Shown here in pieces: positions 1 to 9,765 of a stretch of 64,000 nt of DNA. The first letter of the stretch is position 1, and the number at the start of each line of letters is the position of its first letter. The translations under genes were made by a program, and so were the position numbers. Source of the DNA: a bacterium (GTDB lineage: Bacteria; RBG-13-61-14; DATKZS01); assembly GCA_963674965.2 (NCBI GenBank), contig CAXXFL010000006.1, positions 160,001-224,000 on the forward strand. The letters are read 5' to 3'. The notes under the pieces were generated by a model. That model did not search any database. It was not told where the DNA came from and was given only the letters and a program-made list of their open reading frames with translations.

Positions 1-95
1 ACCGCCCTGGTAATGAAGCTGAGGTGCAAGGTCAGCCACTCGAGTCCTTTTTCGATCCCCTCGCCCAGGGGAATTTTAGGCGGCTCCCAGCTCAT
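1..95 (-). CDS. proW: Glycine betaine/proline ABC transporter permease, N-terminal part (runs off window)
   Basis: ATG at 95 overlaps the proV stop (TGATG); reads MSWEPPKIPLGEGIEKGLEWLTLHLSFITRA, resembling a ProW/OpuAB N-terminus; operon position fits. Confidence 0.7.
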   Translation of the reverse strand, partial: MSWEPPKIPLGEGIEKGLEWLTLHLSFITRA

Positions 96-1282
96 CAGCC
101 CGAGCCTCCCTCGGCCAGGCATGAAAGGAGCGAACCCTTGATCACCACGCCGAGCAGCTTGTCCTTTCCGTCCACCACGGCCACGGGCAGGCCGGATGCC
201 GCGACGATGGGGATTAGAGCGCTGACCGGCTCGTCGGGACCGACCTTGTCCCTGACCTCCTCGATGATGCTCGAGATGTTTTTCTCGCCCCGGTCGATGG
301 CGCTTTTTGCCTCGGCGGCGCTCACGATCCCCAGCAGGGAATCGTCCTTTTTCACCACGAAGATATTCGAGATGCCGGCTTCCTTCATTTTATGGAGAGC
401 GGTGCGGGGACCGTCGGCAGCGTAGGCCACCGCGCGGGTCGGGATCATGACCGTCCGCGCCGTGAGTACCTTGGTCACGTCCACCTCCTCCACGAAGCGC
501 TCAACGTAACGGCCGGCCGGATTGGTAAGTATTTCCTCGGCCGTTCCTATCTGGACCACCGCGCCGTCCTTCATAAGGACCACCCGGTCGCCGATCTTGA
601 TGGCCTCGTCCAGGTCGTGGGTGATGAACACGATGGTCTTTTGCACCCGGTCCTGAAGGGAGATGAGCTCGTGCTGCATGTCGCGCCGGATAAGGGGATC
701 GAGGGCGCTGAAGGCCTCGTCCATTAAAAGCACGTCCGGGTCCACGGCCAGGGCCCGGGCCAGGCCGACCCGCTGCTGCATGCCGCCGCTGAGCTGGGAG
801 GGCATGGAGTCCTCCCACCCCCCGAGTCCGACAAGTTCGAGGGCCTCCCTGGCTTTGGCCGTCCTGGTGGAGGGATCGACGCCCTGAACCTCGAGGCCGT
901 ACTCGACGTTTCTTATCACGCTTCGGTGAGGGAAGAGGGCGAAGTTCTGGAACACCATGCCGAACTTCCGGCGCCTGAAGGCCACGAGCGCCTTTTCCGG
1001 CATTCTCGTCACGTCGGCTCCGTCGACCAGCACCCGGCCGGAGGTGGGCTTGATAAGGCCGTTAAGGCAGCGGATGAGGGTTGACTTGCCGCTTCCGGAC
1101 AGCCCCATCACCACCAGGGTCTCGCCCTCGTTGACGGCAAAGGACACATCCACGAGTCCCACGGCGTGGCGGGTCTCGTCCATGATCTCGCGCTTGGACT
1201 TGCCTTCCCCGAGGAGGGCAAGGGCCCTCTCGGGACGCGGCCCGAAGACCTTGGTGACCTTTTCTATGCTTATCTTATCCAT
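95..1282 (-). CDS. proV: Glycine betaine/proline ABC transporter ATP-binding protein with C-terminal CBS pair
   Basis: Walker A GLSGSGKST, signature LSGGMQQRVGLARAL, LLMDEAFSALDPLIRRDMQ typical of ProV/OpuAA; CBS-like C-terminus. Confidence 0.93.
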   Translation of the reverse strand: MDKISIEKVTKVFGPRPERALALLGEGKSKREIMDETRHAVGLVDVSFAVNEGETLVVMGLSGSGKSTLIRCLNGLIKPTSGRVLVDGADVTRMPEKALVAFRRRKFGMVFQNFALFPHRSVIRNVEYGLEVQGVDPSTRTAKAREALELVGLGGWEDSMPSQLSGGMQQRVGLARALAVDPDVLLMDEAFSALDPLIRRDMQHELISLQDRVQKTIVFITHDLDEAIKIGDRVVLMKDGAVVQIGTAEEILTNPAGRYVERFVEEVDVTKVLTARTVMIPTRAVAYAADGPRTALHKMKEAGISNIFVVKKDDSLLGIVSAAEAKSAIDRGEKNISSIIEEVRDKVGPDEPVSALIPIVAASGLPVAVVDGKDKLLGVVIKGSLLSCLAEGGSG

Positions 1283-1292
1283 GGGCGGAGCG

Positions 1293-2126
1293 TCATTTAC
1301 TTAGGGAGAAAATCCCCCATCTGAGCCATCCCTTTTTGCCGCCGTCCACCCAGAGGGCAAGGCCTTTTTTCATGCGGCTTATATAGTCGTCCGAGCAGAC
1401 TTTATGTAGTTCCTCCTCGTTCTTCAGGGTTTCCTCGAGGACACGGGCGTAATGCCGGATCAGGTTCGGCGTCTGGTCCTCGAAGGCGACCCGGGCAAAG
1501 CCCGCGTCCTTGGCGGCCTCCGTATAAAAGGCCACCGACCCGAGGGACGTGAGGTGAATCCTCTCATAGATGGGCTCGAGCACTCCCACCGGTACCTCGT
1601 CGGCCTGCATGGGATCGGTGAAGATGAACTCTCCCCCGGACGCGAGTACCCTGGACGTCTCGGCCAGGACCTTGTTCCTGTCCCCGCTGTGGAGGATGGC
1701 GTCCTGGGACCAGACGACGTCGAAGGACCCGTCCTCGAAAGGAAGCTCCTCGAAGTTCCCGTCCACCACGTCGATCAGCGAGTCCAGGCCCTGATCGGCG
1801 TTCATTTTCCTGTTCCTCTCGTTCTCGACCTCGGACAGGTTCAGGCAGGTCACGCGGCACCCGCGCGTTTTCGCCAGGTACCTGGCCGTGCCGCCGAAGC
1901 CGGCCCCCACGTCAAGGACCCTTGTTCCCTTCCCGAGTTTTTTCGACTTCGCGGCCATGAGGTCGATAGTCCTTCTCGAGGCGTCGAAAATGGAGTCGTC
2001 CTCCTTTTCGTACACCCCGAGGTGGAGGTCCTCGCCGCCCCAGATGGTAAAATAAAAGTTGTCCGCGTCATGGGAATTGTAATAATCCCTGGTTACATCG
2101 ACGGCGCTCTTCGCCTTATCGTTCAT
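1293..2126 (-). CDS. SAM-dependent sarcosine/dimethylglycine N-methyltransferase (SDMT-like)
   Basis: YYNSHDADNFYFTIWGGEDLHLG N-terminal motif, SAM motif VLDVGAGFGG, VWSQDAILH, FTDPMQ; GGAGG RBS before ATG 2126. Confidence 0.85.
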   Translation of the reverse strand: MNDKAKSAVDVTRDYYNSHDADNFYFTIWGGEDLHLGVYEKEDDSIFDASRRTIDLMAAKSKKLGKGTRVLDVGAGFGGTARYLAKTRGCRVTCLNLSEVENERNRKMNADQGLDSLIDVVDGNFEELPFEDGSFDVVWSQDAILHSGDRNKVLAETSRVLASGGEFIFTDPMQADEVPVGVLEPIYERIHLTSLGSVAFYTEAAKDAGFARVAFEDQTPNLIRHYARVLEETLKNEEELHKVCSDDYISRMKKGLALWVDGGKKGWLRWGIFSLSK

Positions 2127-2177
2127 CCAGATGCCTCCCGGTATATTTTGATTATTGTCCCGGCGGGCCAAAGCCCC

Positions 2178-2849
2178 TCAGTCAAGGAAAGGGGCGGCGC
2201 TTACGACCTCGCCTCCTTTAACCTTCACGAAATCATCGTCGTAGGGTCCAAAAAGGACCTTCCTGAAAAAGTCCTTTTTACCCGCCACTTCCTCGTATTC
2301 CTTGTTAAGGAATATGGCGTTTTCCCTGGCCCTCGCCCGGAGGGTGCCCAGGTCCCCGGCGCCCGTGTCTATGAGGGCGATATGGGTGTAGTGCTTGAGT
2401 TCCTCGTTAATGGTCCAAATGGCGTCTTCTCTTCCCACGCGCGGCGTGTAGTCCTTCTCCATGATGCCGATGGGGTCCTTATTCTCCCGAATCCAGCTTG
2501 GAGTGAGATAATAACAACCCGGCCTTTCGCGATGGGCCTTGTAGTAGGCGGCCCTCGAGCCGAGAAACAAGGCTATGCAGTCGTGCACGCGCGGAATGAT
2601 CAGTCCCTGGGGCGGCGCCTCGAGCCCGGCCACCCCGTTCGAGCATAGCCCGTAGCCGAGCACTATTTCCTCCGCCTCTTCTTTACACTCGTCCACCGCC
2701 TCTTGAAGAATTTCCGTCATCAGCTCGGGAGTACGGTGCAGATCCTGGTCTTTATACCTGACGCTCACGCCTCGATACTGGGGATCGTGGCAATCCAGCT
2801 CCGCCTCCATGCAGCCGCAGGCGATGACTATCCGTTTAAACCTCGGCAA
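2178..2849 (-). CDS. DUF1638 family protein (corrinoid methyltransferase-associated)
   Basis: IACG, LH..PE, LGYGLCSNG, PRVHDCIALFLGS, YYLTPSW motifs. Confidence 0.8.
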   Translation of the reverse strand: MPRFKRIVIACGCMEAELDCHDPQYRGVSVRYKDQDLHRTPELMTEILQEAVDECKEEAEEIVLGYGLCSNGVAGLEAPPQGLIIPRVHDCIALFLGSRAAYYKAHRERPGCYYLTPSWIRENKDPIGIMEKDYTPRVGREDAIWTINEELKHYTHIALIDTGAGDLGTLRARARENAIFLNKEYEEVAGKKDFFRKVLFGPYDDDFVKVKGGEVVSAAPFLD

Positions 2850-2867
2850 CCGCTCGCCTCCGCGCCC

Positions 2868-4940
2868 CTAGGCGTGGGCCTTTATGGCCCCGGACGACAA
2901 GTTGGGGTTGCCGTAGGCTCTCGCCCTTATTCTTTGCAGGGCCCCGTCGATCTCGATGAGGGTCTGCACCTGGGGATTGACGGCCCCGGCCCTGACCACG
3001 TCATTCACGGCCAGTTCCGTCACCGTCTCCTCGGCGTATTCCCGGGCTTCCTCGAGTTTCTTGAAGACCCTGCTCACGCCGTCGACCTGGACCTGATACA
3101 CCCTTTTCTCGTCGGTCTCCTTCAGGATGACGATGGCCTCGGCCCCCGCCATGACCGATCCGGCCACGGCGCCCACGGCGTTGGCCACCTCCGCGTAGGG
3201 AGGAAGGATAAACTGGCTTCCCAGTCCCCTGGCGACCTTCCCGACGAAGGCCCAGGCCGGGGCTCCGATGCCGATGACCGGAAAGCGGCATTTGAAATTC
3301 ACGTCGAAAAGACTGTCTTTTCCTCCACCAAGCTCACGCGAGCGGTCGAATAGAAAGCGGACCCATTTCTCGTCCATTCGGTCCGGCAGTCCCTCGGCCC
3401 CCTCTTCCCGAGCCAGGAAGACCAGGCTCTCCTCCACCATCTCGGAAACCAGGCGCTCGATGAAAAGGGCGGGAAACTCCTTGGCGTCCCTCCCGTGCAT
3501 CTTGCAAAGACACTTCACGGCCTGGACGGCCACGCTCTGGTTCCACAGGTCCATGTCGCCCGAGGCGTGCATGACGTCGGTGGGCGTAACCCCGGCCCGG
3601 CCGATCAGTCCTTTTCTGAAAAGGCTCTCGGCGTTCAGTTGGACCGGATGGTGGGCGCTCGCTTTTTTAAGGAGTCCCTTGAGGCTAAGCGGCCCCTTGG
3701 CCAGAATCTCGACCACGCGCCTTTGGGGCACGTTGTCCTGGGGAAGCTCGTCGGGATCGATTTCCTTGTTTGCGAACCAGTACTCGAGGTCGTTCTCGCT
3801 CCAGGTGATTGCCCTTTTCTTATCAAGGCCGAGAATTTCCTTTTCGACCTGGGGATAGAGGAATGCCAGCCGGCATAGGGGCACGACCCTTTCGGGTCCG
3901 ATAAGAATTTCTCCGCCCGGACCGAAGGACACCCTCGAGTCCCCCCCCAGGCAGGCGGTGCGTATGGAGGCGGCCTTGACGGCCGTGGCCACGTCGCCCA
4001 CCCTTGCCCCGTCGTCCGAGATGGTGACCCTCGAGTCCTTGACGTGGGCCATGTCGGTCGTGGTCCCCCCCACGTCGATCATGAGGGCGTCCCGGACGCC
4101 CGTGAGAAATATCCCGCCCATGGCCGAGGCCGCCGGGCCGCTCAGGATGGTCTCGACCGGCTTCTTTACCGCCTCTTTATAGGACATGAGCGACCCGTCG
4201 CCCTTGACGATCATAAGGGGGGCCTTGACGCCCCGCTCCCGTAGCGCTCCTTTCACCGCCTCGATAAACTCGCTCATGATGGCGACCAGAGACGCGTTGA
4301 GGCACGCCGTGGCCGCCCTCTTGACGGAGTCGAGCTTGCTCGAGAGCTGGCTTCCAAGCACCACGGGAATGGGGCAGACCTTGCGGATGGCCTTCATGGC
4401 CCTCTCCTCGTGGGAGGGGTTGAGGGGGCTGAAGTAACTCGAGACGGCGATGGCGTCGAACTTGTGCTTGTGCCGCTTGACCCAGGCCACGATGCTCTCG
4501 ACGTCGAGGGGGGCCCGCTCGTCGCCCTGGGCGTCGTGTCCGCCCCGGAAGTACTCGAAGTGGCGCGTGACGAATTTATCCGCCAGGGAATAGCTCTCGA
4601 CCAGGCCCCTGTCGTATCCGATAAGTATCAGCCCGACCTCGCGCCCCTTGGACTCGGCGATCGAGTTGGTGGCCAGGGTGGATGATATGCCCACCAGCCT
4701 TACCTGAGAGGGCTTGGCTATATCGAGTCCATCCAGGACCTTCTTGACGCCCGCGGCCAGCTCCTGGTGAGTGGTCAGGGTCTTGGCCGAGCTGATCACC
4801 CGCCGGGATGAGTAATCCATGAGCACGCCGTCGGTGTAAGTGCCGCCCGTGTCCATGCCGATGACGTACTCGGGCTTTTTCACCGCCGGCTTCCTGGGAG
4901 CGCTCGCGGCCGTCTTAATATCATTCTTTTTTACGGGCAT
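2868..4940 (-). CDS. Hydantoinase/oxoprolinase A-like (ASKHA-fold) protein
   Basis: GMDTGGTYTD, ETILSGPAAS, DVGGTTTD, LGGDS, VANAVGA motifs; start taken at ATG 4940 after GAGG. Confidence 0.85.
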   Translation of the reverse strand: MPVKKNDIKTAASAPRKPAVKKPEYVIGMDTGGTYTDGVLMDYSSRRVISSAKTLTTHQELAAGVKKVLDGLDIAKPSQVRLVGISSTLATNSIAESKGREVGLILIGYDRGLVESYSLADKFVTRHFEYFRGGHDAQGDERAPLDVESIVAWVKRHKHKFDAIAVSSYFSPLNPSHEERAMKAIRKVCPIPVVLGSQLSSKLDSVKRAATACLNASLVAIMSEFIEAVKGALRERGVKAPLMIVKGDGSLMSYKEAVKKPVETILSGPAASAMGGIFLTGVRDALMIDVGGTTTDMAHVKDSRVTISDDGARVGDVATAVKAASIRTACLGGDSRVSFGPGGEILIGPERVVPLCRLAFLYPQVEKEILGLDKKRAITWSENDLEYWFANKEIDPDELPQDNVPQRRVVEILAKGPLSLKGLLKKASAHHPVQLNAESLFRKGLIGRAGVTPTDVMHASGDMDLWNQSVAVQAVKCLCKMHGRDAKEFPALFIERLVSEMVEESLVFLAREEGAEGLPDRMDEKWVRFLFDRSRELGGGKDSLFDVNFKCRFPVIGIGAPAWAFVGKVARGLGSQFILPPYAEVANAVGAVAGSVMAGAEAIVILKETDEKRVYQVQVDGVSRVFKKLEEAREYAEETVTELAVNDVVRAGAVNPQVQTLIEIDGALQRIRARAYGNPNLSSGAIKAHA

Positions 4941-5014
4941 TTTCTTTCCTCGCAATCCATCTCGATCGACGATTATTCCAAACGCTTGTTTCCCACCGCC
5001 GCAAGGACCGTTTC

Positions 5015-6490
5015 CTAGGCGGACTCGGCCATTGCTTTGGCCCTCTCCTCCGCCTGGTCGAGGACTTTCTGGATGTCCTTTTTGACCTCGGGGGGAACGT
5101 TTTTAGAGGGGCCCTCGAAGTTGTCTATCAGGTCCCTCGTCTTCTCGATGACCCTGTCCTTCATGGTGGTCTTGCCTCGGGCCTCCCAGTCCTCGTAGCT
5201 GTTGCGGTCCATGAGGGTGGGACGCCAGTGGTTCCTGAACCACTTCATGGTGTGGTCCTCATACAGGTAGTGGCCGCCGGGACCAACGGCCAGGATAGTA
5301 TCGAGGGCGAGGGTTTCCTCGTTGACCTCGACGCCCCGCTCGATAACGCGGGCCATGCCGATGATCTCGTCGTCGAGCACGGTCTGAAAAATGTCGCCCG
5401 TGATGCCCGACTCGGTGTAGCCGTTGTCGTGGACGAAGTTGGCCCCGCTGAGCATGGCGGCGTGGATCGAGAGGGCGGCCTCGATTCCCGACTGGATCTC
5501 CATCATCTTGGTGTCCGTGCATCCCGAGGTCGAGTACATGGGCAGGCCGCAGAACTTGCACATCTCGGTCATGGCCGCCGAGAGGATCGAAAGCTCGGGC
5601 GCGCCGTACGAGTATATCGAGCGTCTCATGTCGAGGATGGACTGGACCCCGCCGATGATGATGCACGTTCCCGGGCTGATAAGCTGCGAGGCCACCACCC
5701 CCACCATGGACTCGGAAAGGGCCACGATGATCTGTCCCGCGTGGCTGGCGGGCACGGTCCCGCCCCCGATCGAGCATGGGCTGTACACCTGGGGTATGCG
5801 GTGCTCGGCGCAGTACATGCACTTGTCGATGGCGTGGAAGTCGCTGACCAGCGGCGATATGGGCTCGCCGTAAAAAATGTAATTGGGCCGTTCCTTGAAG
5901 GCCTCCTCGCTTCCGGCCATGATGATCCCGATCTTATGCTCGTCCCTGCACCCGTCCCGGGTAAAGGACCAACTCATGACGGGCTTTAAAGTGTTCTGGA
6001 TCATGTCGGCGAACTCGTATATATCGGCCAGGCCGTTGGTCACGTCGTTGATCGAACCGAGCGACTGCACGTAACCGATATTGGGCAGGGCCTCGCACAC
6101 GCGGGCCACCATGGCGGCGTCCTTCCTCAGGTACGGCCTCCTCTCCAGGGTCTCGGTATCGATAAAATTCGGAGGCGTCGGGCCCGGCCCGAAATAGCTC
6201 CGGTTCTTCTCGACGAAGCACATGGGCTGGTTCTCCCACGACCAGATGGTGGTCGAGGGCGGCAGGGTCGAGAGGGCCTCCCTGACCAGCTGCGGGGGAA
6301 TCCTCACCCGGATCCCGTCCACCTTGCAGCCGGCCTTGTGGAAAAGCTCCCGGGCCCCCTCGTGGTGGACGTTGGCCCCCGTGTCGTTAAGCGTTCTTAT
6401 CATGCCGTTAAATATCTCTTCCTTTTGGTCATCCGACATAAGGGAGAAATAAGGCGACTGGTTTGCCGTATAATTAACTCGATCCAACAT
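5015..6490 (-). CDS. MttB-superfamily trimethylamine/quaternary amine:corrinoid methyltransferase (non-pyrrolysine)
   Basis: EPISPL, GGTVPASHAG, YGAPELS, GLPMYSTSGCTD, LSGANFVHDNG, VGPGGHYL; no in-frame TAG. Confidence 0.88.
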   Translation of the reverse strand: MLDRVNYTANQSPYFSLMSDDQKEEIFNGMIRTLNDTGANVHHEGARELFHKAGCKVDGIRVRIPPQLVREALSTLPPSTTIWSWENQPMCFVEKNRSYFGPGPTPPNFIDTETLERRPYLRKDAAMVARVCEALPNIGYVQSLGSINDVTNGLADIYEFADMIQNTLKPVMSWSFTRDGCRDEHKIGIIMAGSEEAFKERPNYIFYGEPISPLVSDFHAIDKCMYCAEHRIPQVYSPCSIGGGTVPASHAGQIIVALSESMVGVVASQLISPGTCIIIGGVQSILDMRRSIYSYGAPELSILSAAMTEMCKFCGLPMYSTSGCTDTKMMEIQSGIEAALSIHAAMLSGANFVHDNGYTESGITGDIFQTVLDDEIIGMARVIERGVEVNEETLALDTILAVGPGGHYLYEDHTMKWFRNHWRPTLMDRNSYEDWEARGKTTMKDRVIEKTRDLIDNFEGPSKNVPPEVKKDIQKVLDQAEERAKAMAESA

Positions 6491-6528
6491 TGAGGTTTCT
6501 CCTTTTCGGAAGGGGGAATCGAGGTCCC

Positions 6529-7977
6529 TTATTCCGAGTGCCTTTCGTCCGCGGCGTTAATAATGCTCCAAAGCTCCTTTTCCAGGTCCTCGCCCAGCGG
6601 CTCGGGCTGGTGCGTCTCGAGGATACGGTCGGTCTCCTCGATGACCCGGTCGAGCATGGTCTTCTTTCCCTCCAGGTTCCAGGTGTCCCAGTCGGACCGG
6701 TCCTGGAGCTTGGGCAGGAACCACTCGCGCCAGTGCTCGTAGGTATGGTCGTGGGTCACGAACTCCCCGCCGGGCCCGACTTCCTGGATCACGTCGAGGG
6801 CGAGGTGGGCGTCGTCGGTGTTGATGCCCTTGCCGAACTGCCGGACCATGCCTATGATCTCGTTGTTCATCACCAGGCTGTCGAGCGACCCGTTGGTCCC
6901 GGAGTCGATGTATCCCACGTCGTGGATGAGACTGGCGCCGGACAGGTAGGCGTAAAAAAGGCTGGTGGTGCACTCGGCCGCGGCCTGCTCGTCCACTATC
7001 TTGGCGTCGGTGCATCCTCCCGTCGAGAACATGGGAAGACCGATCCACTTGGATATGTCCGTGTTGGCGGCGGAGGCCAGGCTGAGCTCGGGCGCGCCGT
7101 AGGAATAGGCCGTGGTCAGCATGTCCATGACCGTGGTGACGCCTCCCATAATGAGGGGCATGCCCGGTTTTTTCAGCCAGCAGAGCACCACCGCCATGAG
7201 GGTCTCGGCCAGGGACTGCACCAGCATTCCCGCCATGGTCGCCGGGGCCGTGGCGCCGGAGCTGGGGCAGGGAGTGTACATGGCGGGTATGCCCTTCTCC
7301 GCGGCGAACAGAAGTTTTTCCACCGCCGTCCGGTCGTTCTTAAGGGGAGAGATGGGCTCGATGTAGGCCACGAAAAGAGGATTGAGTCTGAACTCCTCCT
7401 CCCCTCCCTGCACCAGGCAGGCCATCTTCCAGAGGTCCTCGAGGCCCTCGCCGTCAACGCTGGTCAAAACGAAGGGCTTGGTGCAGGTCTCGAGCATGGC
7501 CATAAACTGGCGACGGTCATAAGTAAGGGGGTTGGGAGCGTCGGTAACGATCCCGTGGGACATGTGGAAGTCGTACTGCTCGAGACTATCGACTATGCGG
7601 GCGGCCTCCTTGACGTGGGCGTAATCGGTCCGTATCCTTTTCCCCGTCTTCCGGTCGTGGGTAAAGGGAAGGTCCGAGCCGGTGCCGAAACCCGCGTTGT
7701 CCTTTTGGAGCTGCAGCCTTTTTTTCCCTCTTCCCTTGAGGGATATCTTCCGGGGGTTCGAGCCGAGGGCCAACTCGATCATGGATATGGGCACCTTGAC
7801 CAGGTTGTCCTTCACCACGGCGTCGCTTTTTTTGAAAAGCTCGAGTGCCTCGTCGTGGAAGATCAGGCCGCCGTTCCTTTGCAGGACCTCGCAGGCGGTG
7901 AAGTATATCTGCTCGATCTGGTCGTCCGAAAGCACCCGAAAGACGGGTGACCTTTGCCAGCTTTGATTCATCCTCAT
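6529..7977 (-). CDS. Second MttB-superfamily methyltransferase (non-pyrrolysine)
   Basis: EPISPL, GATAPATMAG, YGAPELS, GLPMFSTGGCTDAK, LSGASLIHDVG, VGPGGEF; start at ATG 7977 after GGAG (ORF-track start 8058 overlaps the upstream gene). Confidence 0.88.
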   Translation of the reverse strand: MRMNQSWQRSPVFRVLSDDQIEQIYFTACEVLQRNGGLIFHDEALELFKKSDAVVKDNLVKVPISMIELALGSNPRKISLKGRGKKRLQLQKDNAGFGTGSDLPFTHDRKTGKRIRTDYAHVKEAARIVDSLEQYDFHMSHGIVTDAPNPLTYDRRQFMAMLETCTKPFVLTSVDGEGLEDLWKMACLVQGGEEEFRLNPLFVAYIEPISPLKNDRTAVEKLLFAAEKGIPAMYTPCPSSGATAPATMAGMLVQSLAETLMAVVLCWLKKPGMPLIMGGVTTVMDMLTTAYSYGAPELSLASAANTDISKWIGLPMFSTGGCTDAKIVDEQAAAECTTSLFYAYLSGASLIHDVGYIDSGTNGSLDSLVMNNEIIGMVRQFGKGINTDDAHLALDVIQEVGPGGEFVTHDHTYEHWREWFLPKLQDRSDWDTWNLEGKKTMLDRVIEETDRILETHQPEPLGEDLEKELWSIINAADERHSE

Positions 7978-7999
7978 TATACAGGCTCCCTCCGGAGGC

Positions 8000-8641
8000 T
8001 CAGGCCATGCCCAGTATCTGCTTGCCCGTGTCCACGGCCATGGCCGCGTTGGCGCCATAGGCGTCGGCCCCTATCTGCTCGGCGTAATCGGCCGTGACGG
8101 GGGCCCCGCCCACCATGACCTTGACCTGGTCCCTGATGCCGGCCTCCTTGAGCGCGTTGATGACCTTGCCCATCTGGGGCATGGTGGTGGTTAAAAGAGC
8201 GGACATGGCCAGGATATCGGGCTTGTGTTCCTTGACTGCGTTGACGAAGACGTCCACCTCGAGGTCGATCCCCAGGTTATGGACCTCGAAGCCCGCTCCC
8301 TCGAACATCATGGAAACCAGGTTCTTGCCGATGTCGTGCAGGTCTCCCTTTACCGTGCCGATGACCATGGTGCCCGCGCTGGGGGCGCCGGTCTCGGCCA
8401 GGAGCGGCCTCAGTATCTCCATGGCCCCGCCCATGGCCTTGGCGCAGCGCATGACCTCGGGGATAAACATCTCGCCCACCTTGAAGCGCTGGCCCACGAC
8501 GCCCATGCCCGCCAGAAGACCGTTGGAAAGTATCTCGGCGGGGTCCTTGCCCTCGTCCACCACTTCCTGGGTGAGTTTCTTAAGCTCGTCAACCTTGCCC
8601 TGTATGAGAGACTCGGCCATGATTCCGTACTTTTCCGACAT
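8000..8641 (-). CDS. Corrinoid (B12-binding) methyl-acceptor protein, MttC/MtgC type
   Basis: GDLHDIGKNLV (DxHxxG), SALLTTTM, VMVGGAPVT; N-terminal cap with GEMFIPEV; AAGGAGG RBS. Confidence 0.93.
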   Translation of the reverse strand: MSEKYGIMAESLIQGKVDELKKLTQEVVDEGKDPAEILSNGLLAGMGVVGQRFKVGEMFIPEVMRCAKAMGGAMEILRPLLAETGAPSAGTMVIGTVKGDLHDIGKNLVSMMFEGAGFEVHNLGIDLEVDVFVNAVKEHKPDILAMSALLTTTMPQMGKVINALKEAGIRDQVKVMVGGAPVTADYAEQIGADAYGANAAMAVDTGKQILGMA

Positions 8642-8905
8642 CGTTTCGTTCCTCCTTGTTGTGCCGTTTAACCACCGCCCGCCTTGAAATGAATTTTCCC
8701 TTTCCCGAGACTTTTTCCGGGAACGCGAAACCGACGGACAACCACGCGTTTATAGTAAATAGATTATACCGTTTAGTGGCCGGGGGCTTTAGAGACAAAG
8801 CGGTCCGCGTGAGCGGGTCGTGAATGGAAAATGTTGGATAAAAATAAAAAACGTTCAGCGACCCGCCCGCTTGACCGCGCCCAAAGCGCAGCCGGCGAAG
8901 TTAAG

Positions 8906-9178
8906 CTACGGGAAGCCGATGTTCCAGAAGTTTTCCATGACGCGGAAACGGGGTTTCGTTATCCGCTCGAGGTTGTCATAGGGGAAAAGGGACACGCTGT
9001 TCTTGGTGGATAGTTTGGAGGCGATCTCCTCCTCGGGAGCGCCAAATCCGGCGGCGATTGAAAAAGACTCGCTTGAAGCCAGCGCCTCAAGCGCGGCTTC
9101 CAAACGACTACTTCGTTCGTGATCGTTAAAGGTCAGGATTAACGGGTCCATATCGTTCGATAGAAAATCTTCCCTCAT
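8906..9178 (-). CDS. Small hypothetical protein
   Basis: ORF with GGGGG RBS-like element before ATG 9178; no recognisable motif. Confidence 0.3.
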   Translation of the reverse strand: MREDFLSNDMDPLILTFNDHERSSRLEAALEALASSESFSIAAGFGAPEEEIASKLSTKNSVSLFPYDNLERITKPRFRVMENFWNIGFP

Positions 9179-9654
9179 AACCAACCCCCTTTCTCTAAAT
9201 CGCGGCGGCCAAATTGCTCGTTCAAAACCTTAAGAATAAATCAAACCGCTATTGAATGGTCATACCGCTCAAAAACTCACGCGCTGAAAGCGACTGGAGC
9301 TTAAGATAAGAAGGGCGTCTTAAAAGCCATCAGCTAAGAGAAGACCAAGGCCGAAAAAAAATACAATCGCCCGTTTGGAGGAAGGTTACTCTTTGCGACC
9401 TCAGTCCGAAGCGCCCATGCCTGGAGTACGCCTCCCAATAAGAAACAAGCGATATACTATAAATAGCACATAAGGCGGTTATTGTCAAAAGAAAGTAGCC
9501 ATTTTTAATATTGGAACTCAGTTCGTATCTGGTTTGAATTCTTAATAAATCACGTATTTTCCTATCCAACTTCCTCTAAAAAGTGCTCTTCCCATGACAT
9601 TACGCCGCATTGAACATGAATTTTATTTTAATATCATCGACTGAGACATTATTT

Positions 9655-9675
9655 CTGAACTTTAGAACTTTTTAG
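9655..9675 (+). repeat. IS left inverted repeat
   Basis: Exact reverse complement of 11068-11088. Confidence 0.92.
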
Positions 9676-9765
9676 CCATGTTCCACCATGTAAAAATAGC
9701 GTTCACCAGTTTTTCCCGTATAATGAGAGGTGTGATCGGCCCTCATAACGCGGGAGTGAACGCTG

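Noticed and set aside
5015-7977. Pyrrolysine-dependent trimethylamine methyltransferases
   Set aside because: Both ORFs are full length with no internal TAG, and no pyl genes are seen
8642-8900. Cobalamin riboswitch before the corrinoid gene
   Set aside because: Only a small hairpin (TTCCCG/CGGGAA); no B12-box recognisable by eye
9330-9450. c-di-GMP-I riboswitch-like GTCGCAAAG on the minus strand
   Set aside because: The upstream GGCAAA/GAAA elements are missing; an Rfam scan would be needed
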